Source: an uncultured Acidobacteriota bacterium
Lineage (GTDB): Bacteria > Acidobacteriota > Thermoanaerobaculia > UBA5066
NCBI GenBank assembly: GCA_963779415.1
Contig: CAVZYA010000001.1
Span: 992,001 to 1,056,000, forward strand
DNA: 64,000 bases
Direction of reading: 5' to 3'
Below, piece by piece: positions 41,548 to 53,717 of the stretch. A program made the translations under genes and the position numbers. Position 1 is the first letter of the stretch. Every line of letters begins with the position of its first letter. The notes below the pieces were generated by a model. The model was not told the origin of the DNA. It saw only the letters and a list, made by a program, of their open reading frames with translations, and ran no database searches.

Positions 41548-42429
41548 TTACGGCTTTAGGCTTTCCGGTTCATTCCCGGCCGAGGGGAGCGCCCGTCGGC
41601 GCCATTCGGCACGCGAGAGCGTTCTCGTGACGAGGGCACGGACGCCTTCCTTCCTGCCGAGCGCGAGGGCCGCCGCACGCGCCTCCGCTTCGCCCGGGAA
41701 GAGTCCGAAGACCGTGGAGCCGCTCCCCGAGAGGCGCGCCGAGACCGCTCCGTGCGAGAGGAGCGCCGAGCGGAGCAGGGAAAGCTCCGGTCTCAACCGC
41801 TCGGCCGCCGGCTCGAGGTCGTTCCGGTCGGGCATCGCGGAGGAGTCCGCGAGGAGCGGCGGAGGATCCGGCGCCGGGCCGGCGGCGAGCGCACGGTAGA
41901 CCTCCGGAGTCGCCATGCCGAACGGTGGCAGAAAGAGGACGAGGCATTCGGAGGCCCGATCCGGGAGTGGCTCGATCCTCTCTCCCCGGCCGGTGCCGCG
42001 GGCCCTTCCGCCAAAAAGGAAGAACGGGACGTCCGATCCGACCGTCGCCGCGATCGCCCAGAGATCGTCCGCGCTCCTTTCGAGTCGCCAGAGCGCGTTC
42101 AGGCCGAGGAGCGTCGCCGCCGCGTCGGCGCTCCCCCCTCCGAGCCCGGCGCCGACCGGAATCCTCTTCCAGAGCCGGATCCGGGCGCCGCGGACGACGC
42201 CGGCGTGCTCCGAAAGAGCGTGCGCCGCACGGACGATGAGGTTCTCGCCCCCTTCCGGAAGGTCGATCCCCCCGGCCGAGAGCGAGAGAGATCGGTCCTC
42301 CTCGAAGCGGATCTCGTCGGAGAGGTCGATCGTCTGGAAGAGGGTGTCGATCTCGTGATAGCCGTCGGGACGGCGTCCGAGGACGACGAGCGAGCGGTTC
42401 ACCTTGGCGAAGGCCTCGAGCGCGATCAC
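41548..42429 (-). CDS. ispE: 4-diphosphocytidyl-2-C-methyl-D-erythritol kinase
   Basis: AKVN, DGYHE, IPVGAGLGGGSADAA, GSDVPFF, LSGSGS. Confidence 0.96.
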   Translation of the reverse strand: MIALEAFAKVNRSLVVLGRRPDGYHEIDTLFQTIDLSDEIRFEEDRSLSLSAGGIDLPEGGENLIVRAAHALSEHAGVVRGARIRLWKRIPVGAGLGGGSADAAATLLGLNALWRLERSADDLWAIAATVGSDVPFFLFGGRARGTGRGERIEPLPDRASECLVLFLPPFGMATPEVYRALAAGPAPDPPPLLADSSAMPDRNDLEPAAERLRPELSLLRSALLSHGAVSARLSGSGSTVFGLFPGEAEARAAALALGRKEGVRALVTRTLSRAEWRRRALPSAGNEPESLKP

Positions 42430-43076
42430 GAGGCCGCCCCTGACGGTGCCGGCTCGTCCGCCGGCCACTCCGCCCAGCTCTCGAGGACGAGCGTCGCCCT
42501 CCCGCGCGGCCCTTTCGCCGAGAGCCGGAGCGGAAAAGGCGCCGCGCCCTCGAGCGTCACGCGCGTCCCGCCCGGAAAGACGAGGGCCGTCACCGTCCCG
42601 TCCGGCAGAAGGAACGCCTTTCGCCCCGCGTCATCGAGCGAGAGCCGGATCTCCCTCCCGATCCGGTCGACGGGGCGGCCGGCGGCCGGGAGATCGAGGA
42701 CGCCGAGAAGCGCACCGACGACGTCCGCCGAGGTCAGACCCGAGGGGAAGGGAGACGCCTCTCCCGCCGGCTCGGCGCTCAAGACGAGCCTCCCCTCGCG
42801 CCCGCTTCCGGCGAGCGGCGCCGAGGCCTTCCAGACGAGCGTCGTCCCGTCCCAGAAGACGGTCAGGTACCCGCGCATCGTGGCGCCGATCTTCGGAGCG
42901 GCCTCTCCCCTGAAGAGGGCCTTGAGCCTCCGGGGTGCGTATGCGGCGGCGCGCCGGGCGTCCCACGCCTTCACGACGGCCGACGCCTCTTCCACAGAAA
43001 GAGGAACGGGAGGCGGTACCGTCGCGCAGGCGGCGAGGAGCGCCAGAACGAGGCCGAGGGCGGCCGCCCGCCTCAC
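42426..43076 (-). CDS. Lipoprotein in the lolB position
   Basis: Lipobox LLAAC, about 216 aa, beta-rich looking, between TPR gene and ispE with GTGA overlaps. Confidence 0.7.
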   Translation of the reverse strand: MRRAAALGLVLALLAACATVPPPVPLSVEEASAVVKAWDARRAAAYAPRRLKALFRGEAAPKIGATMRGYLTVFWDGTTLVWKASAPLAGSGREGRLVLSAEPAGEASPFPSGLTSADVVGALLGVLDLPAAGRPVDRIGREIRLSLDDAGRKAFLLPDGTVTALVFPGGTRVTLEGAAPFPLRLSAKGPRGRATLVLESWAEWPADEPAPSGAAS

Positions 43077-45053
43077 TTCGGTTCGCGCGCGTCCGCGACG
43101 GGCTCGGTGCGGCGGAGCTTCTCGTTGAGCTTGTTCACGCCATCTTCCGGCTTCAGGGTCAGCGCCTTCTTCCAGTGCGTTCGCGCCCCCGCGACGTCGC
43201 CTTTCTTCTCGCAGAGGTCCCCGAGATGCTCTTCGATCGTCGCGTCGTCGGGCGTCAGCTCCGACGCCTCCTTGAGGTTCTTTTCCGCGAGGTCGAGCTG
43301 GCCGAGCTGGTAATAGGCCCACCCGAGCGAGTCGAGGTACGCGCCGTTACCGGGGTCCAGCTCCACGGCCTTCTTGATCAGGTCGAGGGCGCGCGGGAGG
43401 TTCTCCCCGCGCTCGGCCCACATGTAGCCGAGGTAGTTGAGGCCGGGGGCGTGGTCGGCCCGGACCTGGAGAAGCCGCTCGAAGACGGCCACGGACTCCG
43501 CGGTCTTCTTCTCTCGTTCCAGCGAGGCGGCGAGCCGGAAGAGAAGATCCGGGTCTTCGCGGTAGGTCTCGAGGGCCGTGCGGGCCGTGTCGGCCGCCTT
43601 TCCGAACTTCTCGAGGCGCTGCCACGCGTCGGCGGCGGCCAGGGCGCCTTCGCGGCTCTCAGCGGCGAGGGCTCCGAGCCGTCTTTCCCCTTCGGCCTTA
43701 TCGGTGGCCGAAGACGAGCGACAGAGAAACTCCGCGAGCGTCGCGCGGACGACCGGGGACTTGCTCTTTTCGGCCGCCTCGCGGGAGACCTTCAGGCCGT
43801 CGGCCGGCCGGTCGCGGTCACGCGCGATCTGGACGAGGAGGTTGAACGCCTGCTGGTTGAGCCCCTCGGCGTCCACGAGGTGGGGCGAGACGGCCGCCAC
43901 GGCGGCGTCGTAGTCCTTCCGGAGGAACGCGATGTAGCCGAGCTGCCCGTCCACCTCCGAGAGCTCGGGCCCCTTCGTCTTCCGCTTGACGAGGGTCTCG
44001 CGAAGATCGCGGAGGATCTTTTCGGCCTCGTCGAGCCGCCGCGCCTCGACGAAGTTGACGGCGCGGCGGAACGGAACATCCGGGTCGTCCGGGTCGAGAG
44101 CCTGAAGCTTCCGGAGCAGCTCGTCCGCCCGGTCGATCTCGCGCGTTTCCGACAGGAGCCCCGCATAGAGGCGAAGGGCCTCGCGGTTTCCGGGATCGGC
44201 GGCGAGGACCTGGTCGAGGACCTTGCGCGCGTCGTCGAAGCGCCGGGCCCGGAGGAGGAGCGACGCGTATTGCACCTTCAGCCCGAGGTTCGTCGGCTGC
44301 GCCTTCAGATAGCGCTGGACGAGCGGAATGGCCCGGTCCCACTGGCGCGAGCGCTCGTAGACCCGGAGAAGCCCCAGCGACGCGGCACGGTTCTCCGGGT
44401 CCATCCGGAGGACCGCCTGGAAGACCTCCTCCGCATCCCCGAAGCGGCCGCTCTTCTCCAGCGCCTCGCCGTAGAGAAGGGGAATCGCCGGCCCGTGGGC
44501 CCGGTCGAGCACCCGCTCGAGGACGGTGACCGCCTCCTGCGGCTTCTCCTGCTTGAGGAGGACCTGCGCGTAGGCCAGGGCGCCGGACGGCTCTCCCGGC
44601 CGGGCTTCGTTCGCCTTTCGGAGCGCCGTCGCGGCTTCCTCGATCGACTCCGGGCTCTTGGCGTTCAGGAGGAGGATCTGGCCCAGGACCCGCTGGACAT
44701 AGGGGTCGTCCGGCGAGAGTTCCGCCGCCTTGCGGGCTTCCTTCTCCGCATCCGCCGGAATCGAGAGGTCCCGGAGCAGCTCGGCGAACTCCGCATGGAG
44801 GGTCGCGTCGGAAGGGTCCAGCTCGATGGCTTTCCGGAAGGCCTTCACCGCGGCCTCGAACTCCATCTCCTGCGCATGGAGGCGCCCCAGGAGGTACCAG
44901 TCCACCGCATCGCGCCGCCGCGCCTCGGCGGGCGTGAGGGCCGGTTTCGCCTCCGTGCCCGCGTCCTTGTTTGCCTCCTTGGGCGTGTCGGCCGTCAGGG
45001 CCGGCGCCAGCAGAAGGAACGGAAGAAGGAGGAGAGAGCCGTCGAATTGTCAT
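43073..45053 (-). CDS. Exported multi-TPR protein (frameshift in the signal-peptide region near 45035)
   Basis: Many TPRs; [25 protein letters not shown]-terminal motifs. Confidence 0.88.
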
Positions 45054-45096
45054 CGTATCGAGGATACCGCGCAAGAACCGCGCCCGGATTCAGAAC

Positions 45097-46804
<1,708 letters not shown>

Positions 46805-46899
46805 GTCAGGGATTCTAAGCGACCGGCGGGACGAGACGATGTCTCAGAAAGTCGCCTGCCGGGCGTCGAGGAGCGACCGGACGGACGGCGGCGTACCCA

Positions 46900-49855
46900 T
46901 CAGCGCGCGGCGGGGCCCATCGTGCGGTCGAGCCAGGCGTTCACGGCGGGTACGAGGACCTCGGCGGGCGGAATGTGCCCGCCGTCGAGAGCTGAAGGTG
47001 CTTCGGCTCGGAGAGGAGCTTGAACAAAGGCTCGGCTTCGGTCTTGAACGCGAAGTCTTCGTCCCAGCGGCCGTTCAGCATGAGCTTCGGCGGGCGGACG
47101 TGCGGCGCGAAGTTCACCGGGTTTGCCTCGGCGATCCACTTCGCCTGGTCCGGATAGACGCCGTCCGCGACGAAGACGACGCTCCGGTAGCGCGACTCCA
47201 CCGCGGCGAAGATGATCCCCTGCCAGCTGATGCTGGCGTTCATGAACGCGATGCGGGATCCGTCGACGTCCTTCCGCGTCAGGAGGTAGTCGACGCCCCG
47301 CCGGATGTCGACGGACTCCGCGACCGCCCTCTGCCGGAACGCGACCGAGTCCCCGTCGGGACGCCGATACCCATTGGGCCACTCGCGACCGGGATAGCCC
47401 GGAAGGTCCACGACGAAGATCGCCCGTCCGGCTTTCACGAGCGGAGCGATCGGTCGCTCTCGACGACCGTGCTCACGGCCGTCCCCGAGTAGACGATCGA
47501 TGAGAGGACGAAATGGATCACCTGGTAAGGAGGCCGCGCGTTCTTCGGGAGGTAGAGCCACCCGCCGATGCGCGCCCCTCCCGCCCCGGCGAAGGTCACG
47601 CGTTCGCGCGTCCAGTCGGGCGTCTCGACCCGCTCCTCCACCCTCCCCTCGGGCAGCACGCGGTCGTAACGGTAGTGCGCGAGCCACGCTTCGAACTGCG
47701 CGCGGCTCGACCGCAGGTACGTCGGAGCCTGCTCGGCGCGCGAGATCGGTGCGTCGCCCTCTTCTCCCGCCGAACCGGGTACCGCGAGCGCGCATCGGAG
47801 GCCCAGGCGTTCCGAGCTCGCGAGTCCGGGGTAGATCCCGTAGTCGCCGAAGACGTACGACGGGTCCGTGAAGGCGCCTCCCGCCGTCACACGGCCGTCC
47901 GGTGCGGCGTTGCGCGTCCACTCGGAGACATTGCCCGCCATGTGGTAGCAGCCGTATGGGCTCATCCCCGCCGCGCCCCGCCGCACGGGGACAGTGCCCT
48001 TGCCGTCGAAGTTGGCGCGCGGGTCCGCGCCGCGCTCGAGGCCCCACGGCATCACGGTATCTCCGGTGAACACGAAAACGCCGTCGCGCGCCGCCTTCTC
48101 CCACTGGAAGATCGTCGGAGATTCTTCCCGCGGAAGCGCGCGTAGGCATTCGCTTCGTACCACGACACGCCCGTCACCGGATGGTCGGCCACCCTTGGGG
48201 AAGGTCCCCCCCGTCCAGCTCGCGCCGCTCGGCGGCCCCGAGAGGTCCACGAGCCCGCGGACCCCTCCTCCCCCCGAGGGCGCGGCCGCGTCCTCGAACG
48301 GCTGCGTCGAGAGATCGCGAACCGATATCCGCCCGGCGCGACGAAGCCGGCGTAGTCACGGTTGCTCACCTCGTACCGGTCGATAAAGTACTCGCGCAGT
48401 GGGACGCGAGCGGCGGTAGGCTGACGGCAGCCGACGAGCTTGCACCCCCTCCGGCACGACGCGATGTCGGCCGGAGCCGGTCCCCGCCTTTCGCAGAGTC
48501 CACGTCACGGAAATCGCCGTCTTGAAGTCGTTTGGATTCGACCGGGCGAGGGGTCGAGGTGTTCGCTCGAAGCGTACCCCTCCCGGCCGAGAAGCGGGGC
48601 GAAGTCGCGGCGGCAGTCGCCGCGTCCTTCAGAGGCGTAAGGCCCAGATCCTGCGGCGCACCCGGCTCGGCCCCCTGCGCCGCCTCGTACCGCCGGAGGT
48701 AGACGCGCGCACCGGGCGGGTCCGTGGTGACGAAAGTACGTCCGTGACCTCAGGGAGGAGGACAGCGAGCTTGGCGTCACGGGGAGTTAGCCGCGTCCGC
48801 GCGGGCTGAGGTCGAACGCTTCGGCCGACCGGCCCAGGTCGCGAGACAGGCGGCGGAGGACGGCCTCCTCGGCCCAGCGGGGCGCGAGTGCCGCAGCCAG
48901 AGCAGCGCCCCCGCTTGGCGGCGGCGACGACAAGCGCGAGGAGCGCGAAACGCGCGGGGCGGGAGAGCGTCAGGCCGCCTCCGCGCACGAGCCGCGACCG
49001 GAAGCCGAGCTCGCCCCGCGCCGATTCGAGCGCGGCGGCCATGGGAGCGGTCTCCCAGCGCTCCTCCGGCGCCTTGCGGAGCGCGCGGCGGACGATCGCC
49101 TCCGTCTCCGCCGGAACGCTCCCGACCTCGGGGCGGAGCGCCGGCGGCTCCGTGGTCAGGATGCGCGAGGCCGTCTCGGCCACGCTCGGTGCGTCGAAGG
49201 GACGGCGGCCCGCGAGGAGCTCGTAGAGGAGCGACGCCGAGCGAGAAGACGTCGCTGCCGGGCGTCGACGCCGGCTCGCCGCGGCGCTGCTCGGGCGACA
49301 TGTAAGGGACCGTCCCGAGGACGAGGCCGCCGGTGCGTGAGGGCGGCCCGCAGGTCGGCGCCTCGGCCCCGGCCGCCGCCCAGGGAACCTTCGCGAGGCC
49401 GAAGTCGAGGAGCTTCACCAGGCCGTCGCGCGCCGACGAAGACGTTCTCGGGCTTGACGTCGCGGTGGACGATGCCTTTCGCATGCGCCGCCGCGAGCCC
49501 GCGCGCCGACCTGCGCGGCCGTGTCGAGGGCCTCCCGCGGCGGCACTCTTCCGTGCCGGAGTCGCTCGCGCAGGGTCGCCCCCCGAGCAGCTCGTCGACG
49601 ACGTACAATCGGGCCTTCACGCCCCACGTCGTAGACGGCGGCGATGATCGGGAGGTTGAGCGCCGCCGCGTCGCGGGCCTCGGCTCGAAGCGCTCGAGCC
49701 GCTCGGCGTCTCCCGATACATCGTCCGGGAGAACTTGAGCGCGACCTCGCGGCCGAGGCGCGGGTCCCGGGCGCGGTACACGACACCATCCCGCCCGCGC
49801 CGAGAACCGTAACGATCTCGTACGGCCCCAGCTTTGAGCCCACCGAAAGCGGCAC
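46900..49855 (-). CDS. Ser/Thr kinase + FGE-sulfatase + alpha/beta-hydrolase fusion (many frameshifts)
   Basis: Fragments [39 protein letters not shown]; [23 protein letters not shown]; [10 protein letters not shown]. Confidence 0.75.
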
Positions 49856-49887
49856 GCCGGACAGATTATAGGCCGCAGGCCGGGTCG

Positions 49888-51174
49888 TCAGAACGGGGGC
49901 GTCTGCCGGGCCTGCAGCTCCGCGACGCGTGGCGGCGGCGAAGGAGGGCGAGCCGTCCCTTCCGGACCCCGACCTCGGCCGGCCACTCGTGCGACAGAAA
50001 GAGCGGCATCGACTCGGTGAAGCCATACGCTCCGGCTTTCTCGAAGGCGAGAAGGTCTCCGCGCGAAGGGAGCGGGAGGCGGGCGGACGCGGTGGAGGAC
50101 GTCGAGAGAGGTACAGAGGGGACCGGAGACGACCAGGGGTTTCCTAGAAGGTGAAGACGGTCGCGGGCGCCGGCCGTCTTCTTCCGGGACGAGCCTCACG
50201 CGGTGGGGCGTCCCGATGAGGACGGGGCGGAGGAAGTGGTGGATCCCTCCGTCGACGAGAACGTACTCCGCGCCGCGGCTCCGCTTCGTTCCGAGAACTC
50301 TGACGACGTACGTGCCGCTCTCGGCCACGAGAAATCGCCCGGGCTCGAAGACGAGGCGGGTCGACTCGGGAAGGCCGTTCGCGCGCGCCTCCCTGGCAAC
50401 CGCTCTCAGCCCCTTTCTCAGAACTCCGAGGTCGAGCGGGCTTCTCGCCATCGGCGTACGGGACGCCGAAGCCTCCGCCGAAATCGACGGAACGGAGGGG
50501 GACCGAGAATCTCTTCGAAAGCGAGAGAGCCAGAGAGAGGACGCGCCCGGTGTTTTCGACGAACAGCTCCGCGTCGAGGACGTTCGAGGCGTTGAAGACC
50601 TGAAACGCGCAGAGGTCGAGATGCGGGAAGGCCCCCCGGTCTCTCTTCAGTTCGAAGAACTCTCGCGGCGCTCGCGAGGTCGAAGCCGAACTTCCCGGCG
50701 CCCGGCCCCCCGATGATGACCCGCTTCTCCGCGATCCCCCAGGGGGGATTCAGCCGGAGGCCGACCTTCACGCGGCGCCGAAGTCGCCGCGCGACCTGCT
50801 CCAGCGCCTCCAGCTCCCACTCCCCTTCGGCATGGATGATCGACACCCCGGCACGGACGAGCGCCCCAAGATCGGCTTCGCTCTTCGCCGGGCCCGTGGA
50901 GAGGATCTTCGAAGCGGGAAATCCGGCCCGGCGAGCGGCCAGCAGCTCGCCCCGGGATGCGACGTCCGAAGAGAGACCGAATCTGCTCAGAAAGGAAAGG
51001 AACGCCGAGAGAAGGGTTCGCCTTGACCGCGTACGCAATCTCGAAGCGGCGGCCGACAGCGTGTTTGAGACGAGCGACCTGTCTCTCAATGACTTCGAAA
51101 TCGTAGAGATAAAACGGCGTCCCGAAACGCTCCGCCGCAAGACGGAGAAGGCGGGCAGGGGGAAGTTCATTCAT
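49888..51174 (-). CDS. lysA: Diaminopimelate decarboxylase family (many frameshifts)
   Basis: TPFYLYD, YAVKANP, VASRGE, TGPAK, GKFG, EPGRFLVAESG, GPLCT; last gene of the dap operon. Confidence 0.8.
50141..50189. repeat. Inverted pair of the dispersed motif inside lysA
   Basis: TTCCTAGAAGGTGAAGACGG...CCGTCTTC---TTCCGGGA hairpin. Confidence 0.6.
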
Positions 51175-51229
51175 CCTTCGAAGCACGCGCGGCGGAACGC
51201 CGCGCGCCAAATCCTTTCTCGATTCCCTC

Positions 51230-51997
51230 TCATCGAAGCGCCCCTTCCAGCGTCGTTTTCGCGTCGGTCTTTTCGTCGCGGTACTTGACGATGACCGCGG
51301 CCGAGAGCGAGAGGCCCCTCTCCTTCGCCCACGTCCCCGGCGCCGGGCGCGCGCCGGGGACGACGACGGCCCCCTCGGGAATCTCGAGCGGCGAGCCGGC
51401 CGAAGAGCGGAGCTCCCGCTCCTTCACGAGGTCGAAGACCGCCGTCGAGCCGGTCAGGATCACCCCCGACGCGAGGACCGCCCGGCGCCTCACGCAGACG
51501 CCTTCGTAGATCCCGACGCCGCCGCCGACGAAGACGTCGTCCTCGATCACGACGGGGACGGCGCCCACCGGCTCGAGAACTCCCCCCACCTGTGAGGCCG
51601 CCGAGAGGTGGACGCGCTTCCCGATCTGCGCGCACGAGCCGACGAGGGCGTGGCTGTCGATCATCGATCCCTCGTCGACGTACGCGCCGACGTTGATGTA
51701 CGCGGGGGGCATGACGACGACCCCTTTCGCGACGAAGGCGCCGCGGCGAATGGCGGTCCCGCCCGGGACGACGCGGACTCCTTCGGGAAGGGGCCGACGC
51801 GGCGGGAGCGTGTCGCGATCCCGGAACGAGAGCGGCCCCGCGATCAGCTCCACGTCGGCCCCGATGCGAAAGGCGGCGAGGATTCCCTCCTTGACCTCCC
51901 GGTTCGGGACCCAGCGCCCCGACGCGTCCTTCTTCGCCGCACGTACCTCGCCCGCCTCGAGCGCCTCGAGAAGGGCGAGCACTTCGTCCCGCGTCAT
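51230..51997 (-). CDS. dapD: Tetrahydrodipicolinate N-succinyltransferase
   Basis: RVVPGG, VGSCAQIG, GGVLEP, VKYRDEKTD. Confidence 0.95.
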   Translation of the reverse strand: MTRDEVLALLEALEAGEVRAAKKDASGRWVPNREVKEGILAAFRIGADVELIAGPLSFRDRDTLPPRRPLPEGVRVVPGGTAIRRGAFVAKGVVVMPPAYINVGAYVDEGSMIDSHALVGSCAQIGKRVHLSAASQVGGVLEPVGAVPVVIEDDVFVGGGVGIYEGVCVRRRAVLASGVILTGSTAVFDLVKERELRSSAGSPLEIPEGAVVVPGARPAPGTWAKERGLSLSAAVIVKYRDEKTDAKTTLEGALR

Positions 51998-52932
51998 GGC
52001 GCTCCCTCCGTCGGCTTCCCGTCGGCGTCGAGGAGCCCGGCGATCCGGAGCGCTTCCTCCATCGCCGCATGATGCGACGCCGAGAGCGCGACGAGCGGAA
52101 GCCGGAGCGCCCCGCCGCAGACGCCGAGGCGCTTCATCGCCCACTTGACCGGGATCGGGTTCGACTCGCGGAAGTTCGCGCGCATGAGCGGGAAGAGCTT
52201 CGCCTGGAGGGCGGCCGCACGGCCGCGGTCGCCCGCGAGCCCGGCCGCGACGAGCTCGGACGTCGAGCGGGGCGCCTCGTTCGACACGACGGCGATCAGG
52301 CCGTCGGCCCCGCACGCGATCATCGGGAGGGCGAGCGAGTCTTCGCCCGAAAGGACGGCGAAACCGGCGGGTCGGGAGCGGAGGATCTCGCAGGCCTGGT
52401 CGAGGCTGAGCGAGGCTTCCTTCACGGCGGAGAAGCGCGGGTCCTCGGCGAGCGCGAGAACGGTCTCAGCGAGCATGTTCACCCCCGTCCGCCCCGGTAC
52501 GTTGTAGAGGACGATCGAAAGCTCTCCCGCGTCGGCCACCGCGCGGAAGTGCTCGATCAGCCCCTTCTGTGTCGGCTTGTTGTAGTAGGGGGTCACGACG
52601 AGAAGAGCGTCCGCGCCCGCCTTTGCGCACCGCTTCGCGAGCCTCTGCGCTTTCTTCGTGTCGTTCGACCCGCACCCGGCGATGACGCGGACGGGGCGGG
52701 GCGCGCGGCGCGCTTCGTCGGCCACGACGGCCACGACCCGCTCGTGCTCGTCCGGGTCGAGCGTGACCGCTTCGCCCGTCGTTCCGCACGGGACGAGCCC
52801 CTGGACGCCCCCCTCGATCTGGCGTCGGACCAGCCTCCGGAGGGCGAACTCGTCCACCTCCCCCGCTTCCGTGAAGGGCGTGATGAGTGCCGTGAAGGTG
52901 CCGGAGAGTCTCGAGGCCGGCGTCGTCGTCAT
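51994..52932 (-). CDS. dapA: 4-hydroxy-tetrahydrodipicolinate synthase
   Basis: TALITPF, GTTGE, PYYNKP, YNVPGRT, KEAS, NPIPVK. Confidence 0.97.
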   Translation of the reverse strand: MTTTPASRLSGTFTALITPFTEAGEVDEFALRRLVRRQIEGGVQGLVPCGTTGEAVTLDPDEHERVVAVVADEARRAPRPVRVIAGCGSNDTKKAQRLAKRCAKAGADALLVVTPYYNKPTQKGLIEHFRAVADAGELSIVLYNVPGRTGVNMLAETVLALAEDPRFSAVKEASLSLDQACEILRSRPAGFAVLSGEDSLALPMIACGADGLIAVVSNEAPRSTSELVAAGLAGDRGRAAALQAKLFPLMRANFRESNPIPVKWAMKRLGVCGGALRLPLVALSASHHAAMEEALRIAGLLDADGKPTEGAP

Positions 52933-53717
52933 GGCGTTCCCCCTCTGGAGATCGAATCGAGAAACTCGTCGAAGGTGACGGGGCCGGTCCGTCCGCTCGC
53001 GAGGAGCCACTCGGCCGCGGCGACGGCGCCCGACGCGAAGATCGCCCGTGAGCGGGCGCGGTGGACGATCTCGAGGCTCTCCGACTCTCCTTCGAAGAAG
53101 AGGACGTGCTCGCCCGGCTGTCCCCCCTGCCGGAGCGCCACGACGGGGACGGCCGACCCCGGCCGGACCGATTCGACGGCCGCCGCGATCAGCTTCGCCG
53201 TCCCCGAGGGCGCGTCCTTCTTCGCGGAGTGATGCCGTTCGAGGATCCCCGGCTCGAAACCGGTAAACGGCCCAAAGAGCGCCGCCGCGCCGGCGGCGAG
53301 CCGCTTCATCACCGCGACGCCAATCGAAAAATTCGGAGAATGAAGAAAGGGAGTTCCGTTCCGCCTCGAGACCTCGATCACACGAGATACGTCCCAGCCG
53401 GTCGTACCGGAGACGACCGGGATCTGCTTAGAAAGAAGAGAGACGACGAGGGCTTCCGCCGAAGCCGGAGTCGTGAACTCGAAAGCTACATCCACCGCCG
53501 CCGGATTCTTTGAAGGTGAACTCCGGCGACGCCCCTTGCCTGCTGCTGCACGCCGACCTGAATCGGACGATGCCGGCGACCTGCCCGATTCACCTTCTAA
53601 GAAAATCTCCGGTGGGTCTCCCTCGTCGATCTTTCCCGCGAGGACGTGACCGCGCGCGGCGAGCGCCGCCTCGATCGCCTTTCCCATCTTCCCGTAGCCG
53701 ACGATCAGCGCCCTCAT
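52929..53717 (-). CDS. dapB: 4-hydroxy-tetrahydrodipicolinate reductase with a roughly 30-aa insertion
   Basis: GYGKMG, GTTGW, NFSIG, ERHHSAKKDAPSGTA, FASGA. Confidence 0.95.
   Translation of the reverse strand: MRALIVGYGKMGKAIEAALAARGHVLAGKIDEGDPPEIFLEGESGRSPASSDSGRRAAAGKGRRRSSPSKNPAAVDVAFEFTTPASAEALVVSLLSKQIPVVSGTTGWDVSRVIEVSRRNGTPFLHSPNFSIGVAVMKRLAAGAAALFGPFTGFEPGILERHHSAKKDAPSGTAKLIAAAVESVRPGSAVPVVALRQGGQPGEHVLFFEGESESLEIVHRARSRAIFASGAVAAAEWLLASGRTGPVTFDEFLDSISRGGTP
53506..53603. repeat. Element bounded by 15-bp inverted repeats, in frame in dapB
   Basis: TTCTTTGAAGGTGAA (53506-53520) and TTCACCTTCTAAGAA (53589-53603), 14/15 complementary. Confidence 0.75.

Noticed and set aside
46900-51200. 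Dense frameshifting as a decaying island
   Set aside because: It spans unrelated genes including lysA, with motifs preserved; a low-coverage assembly segment is more likely.
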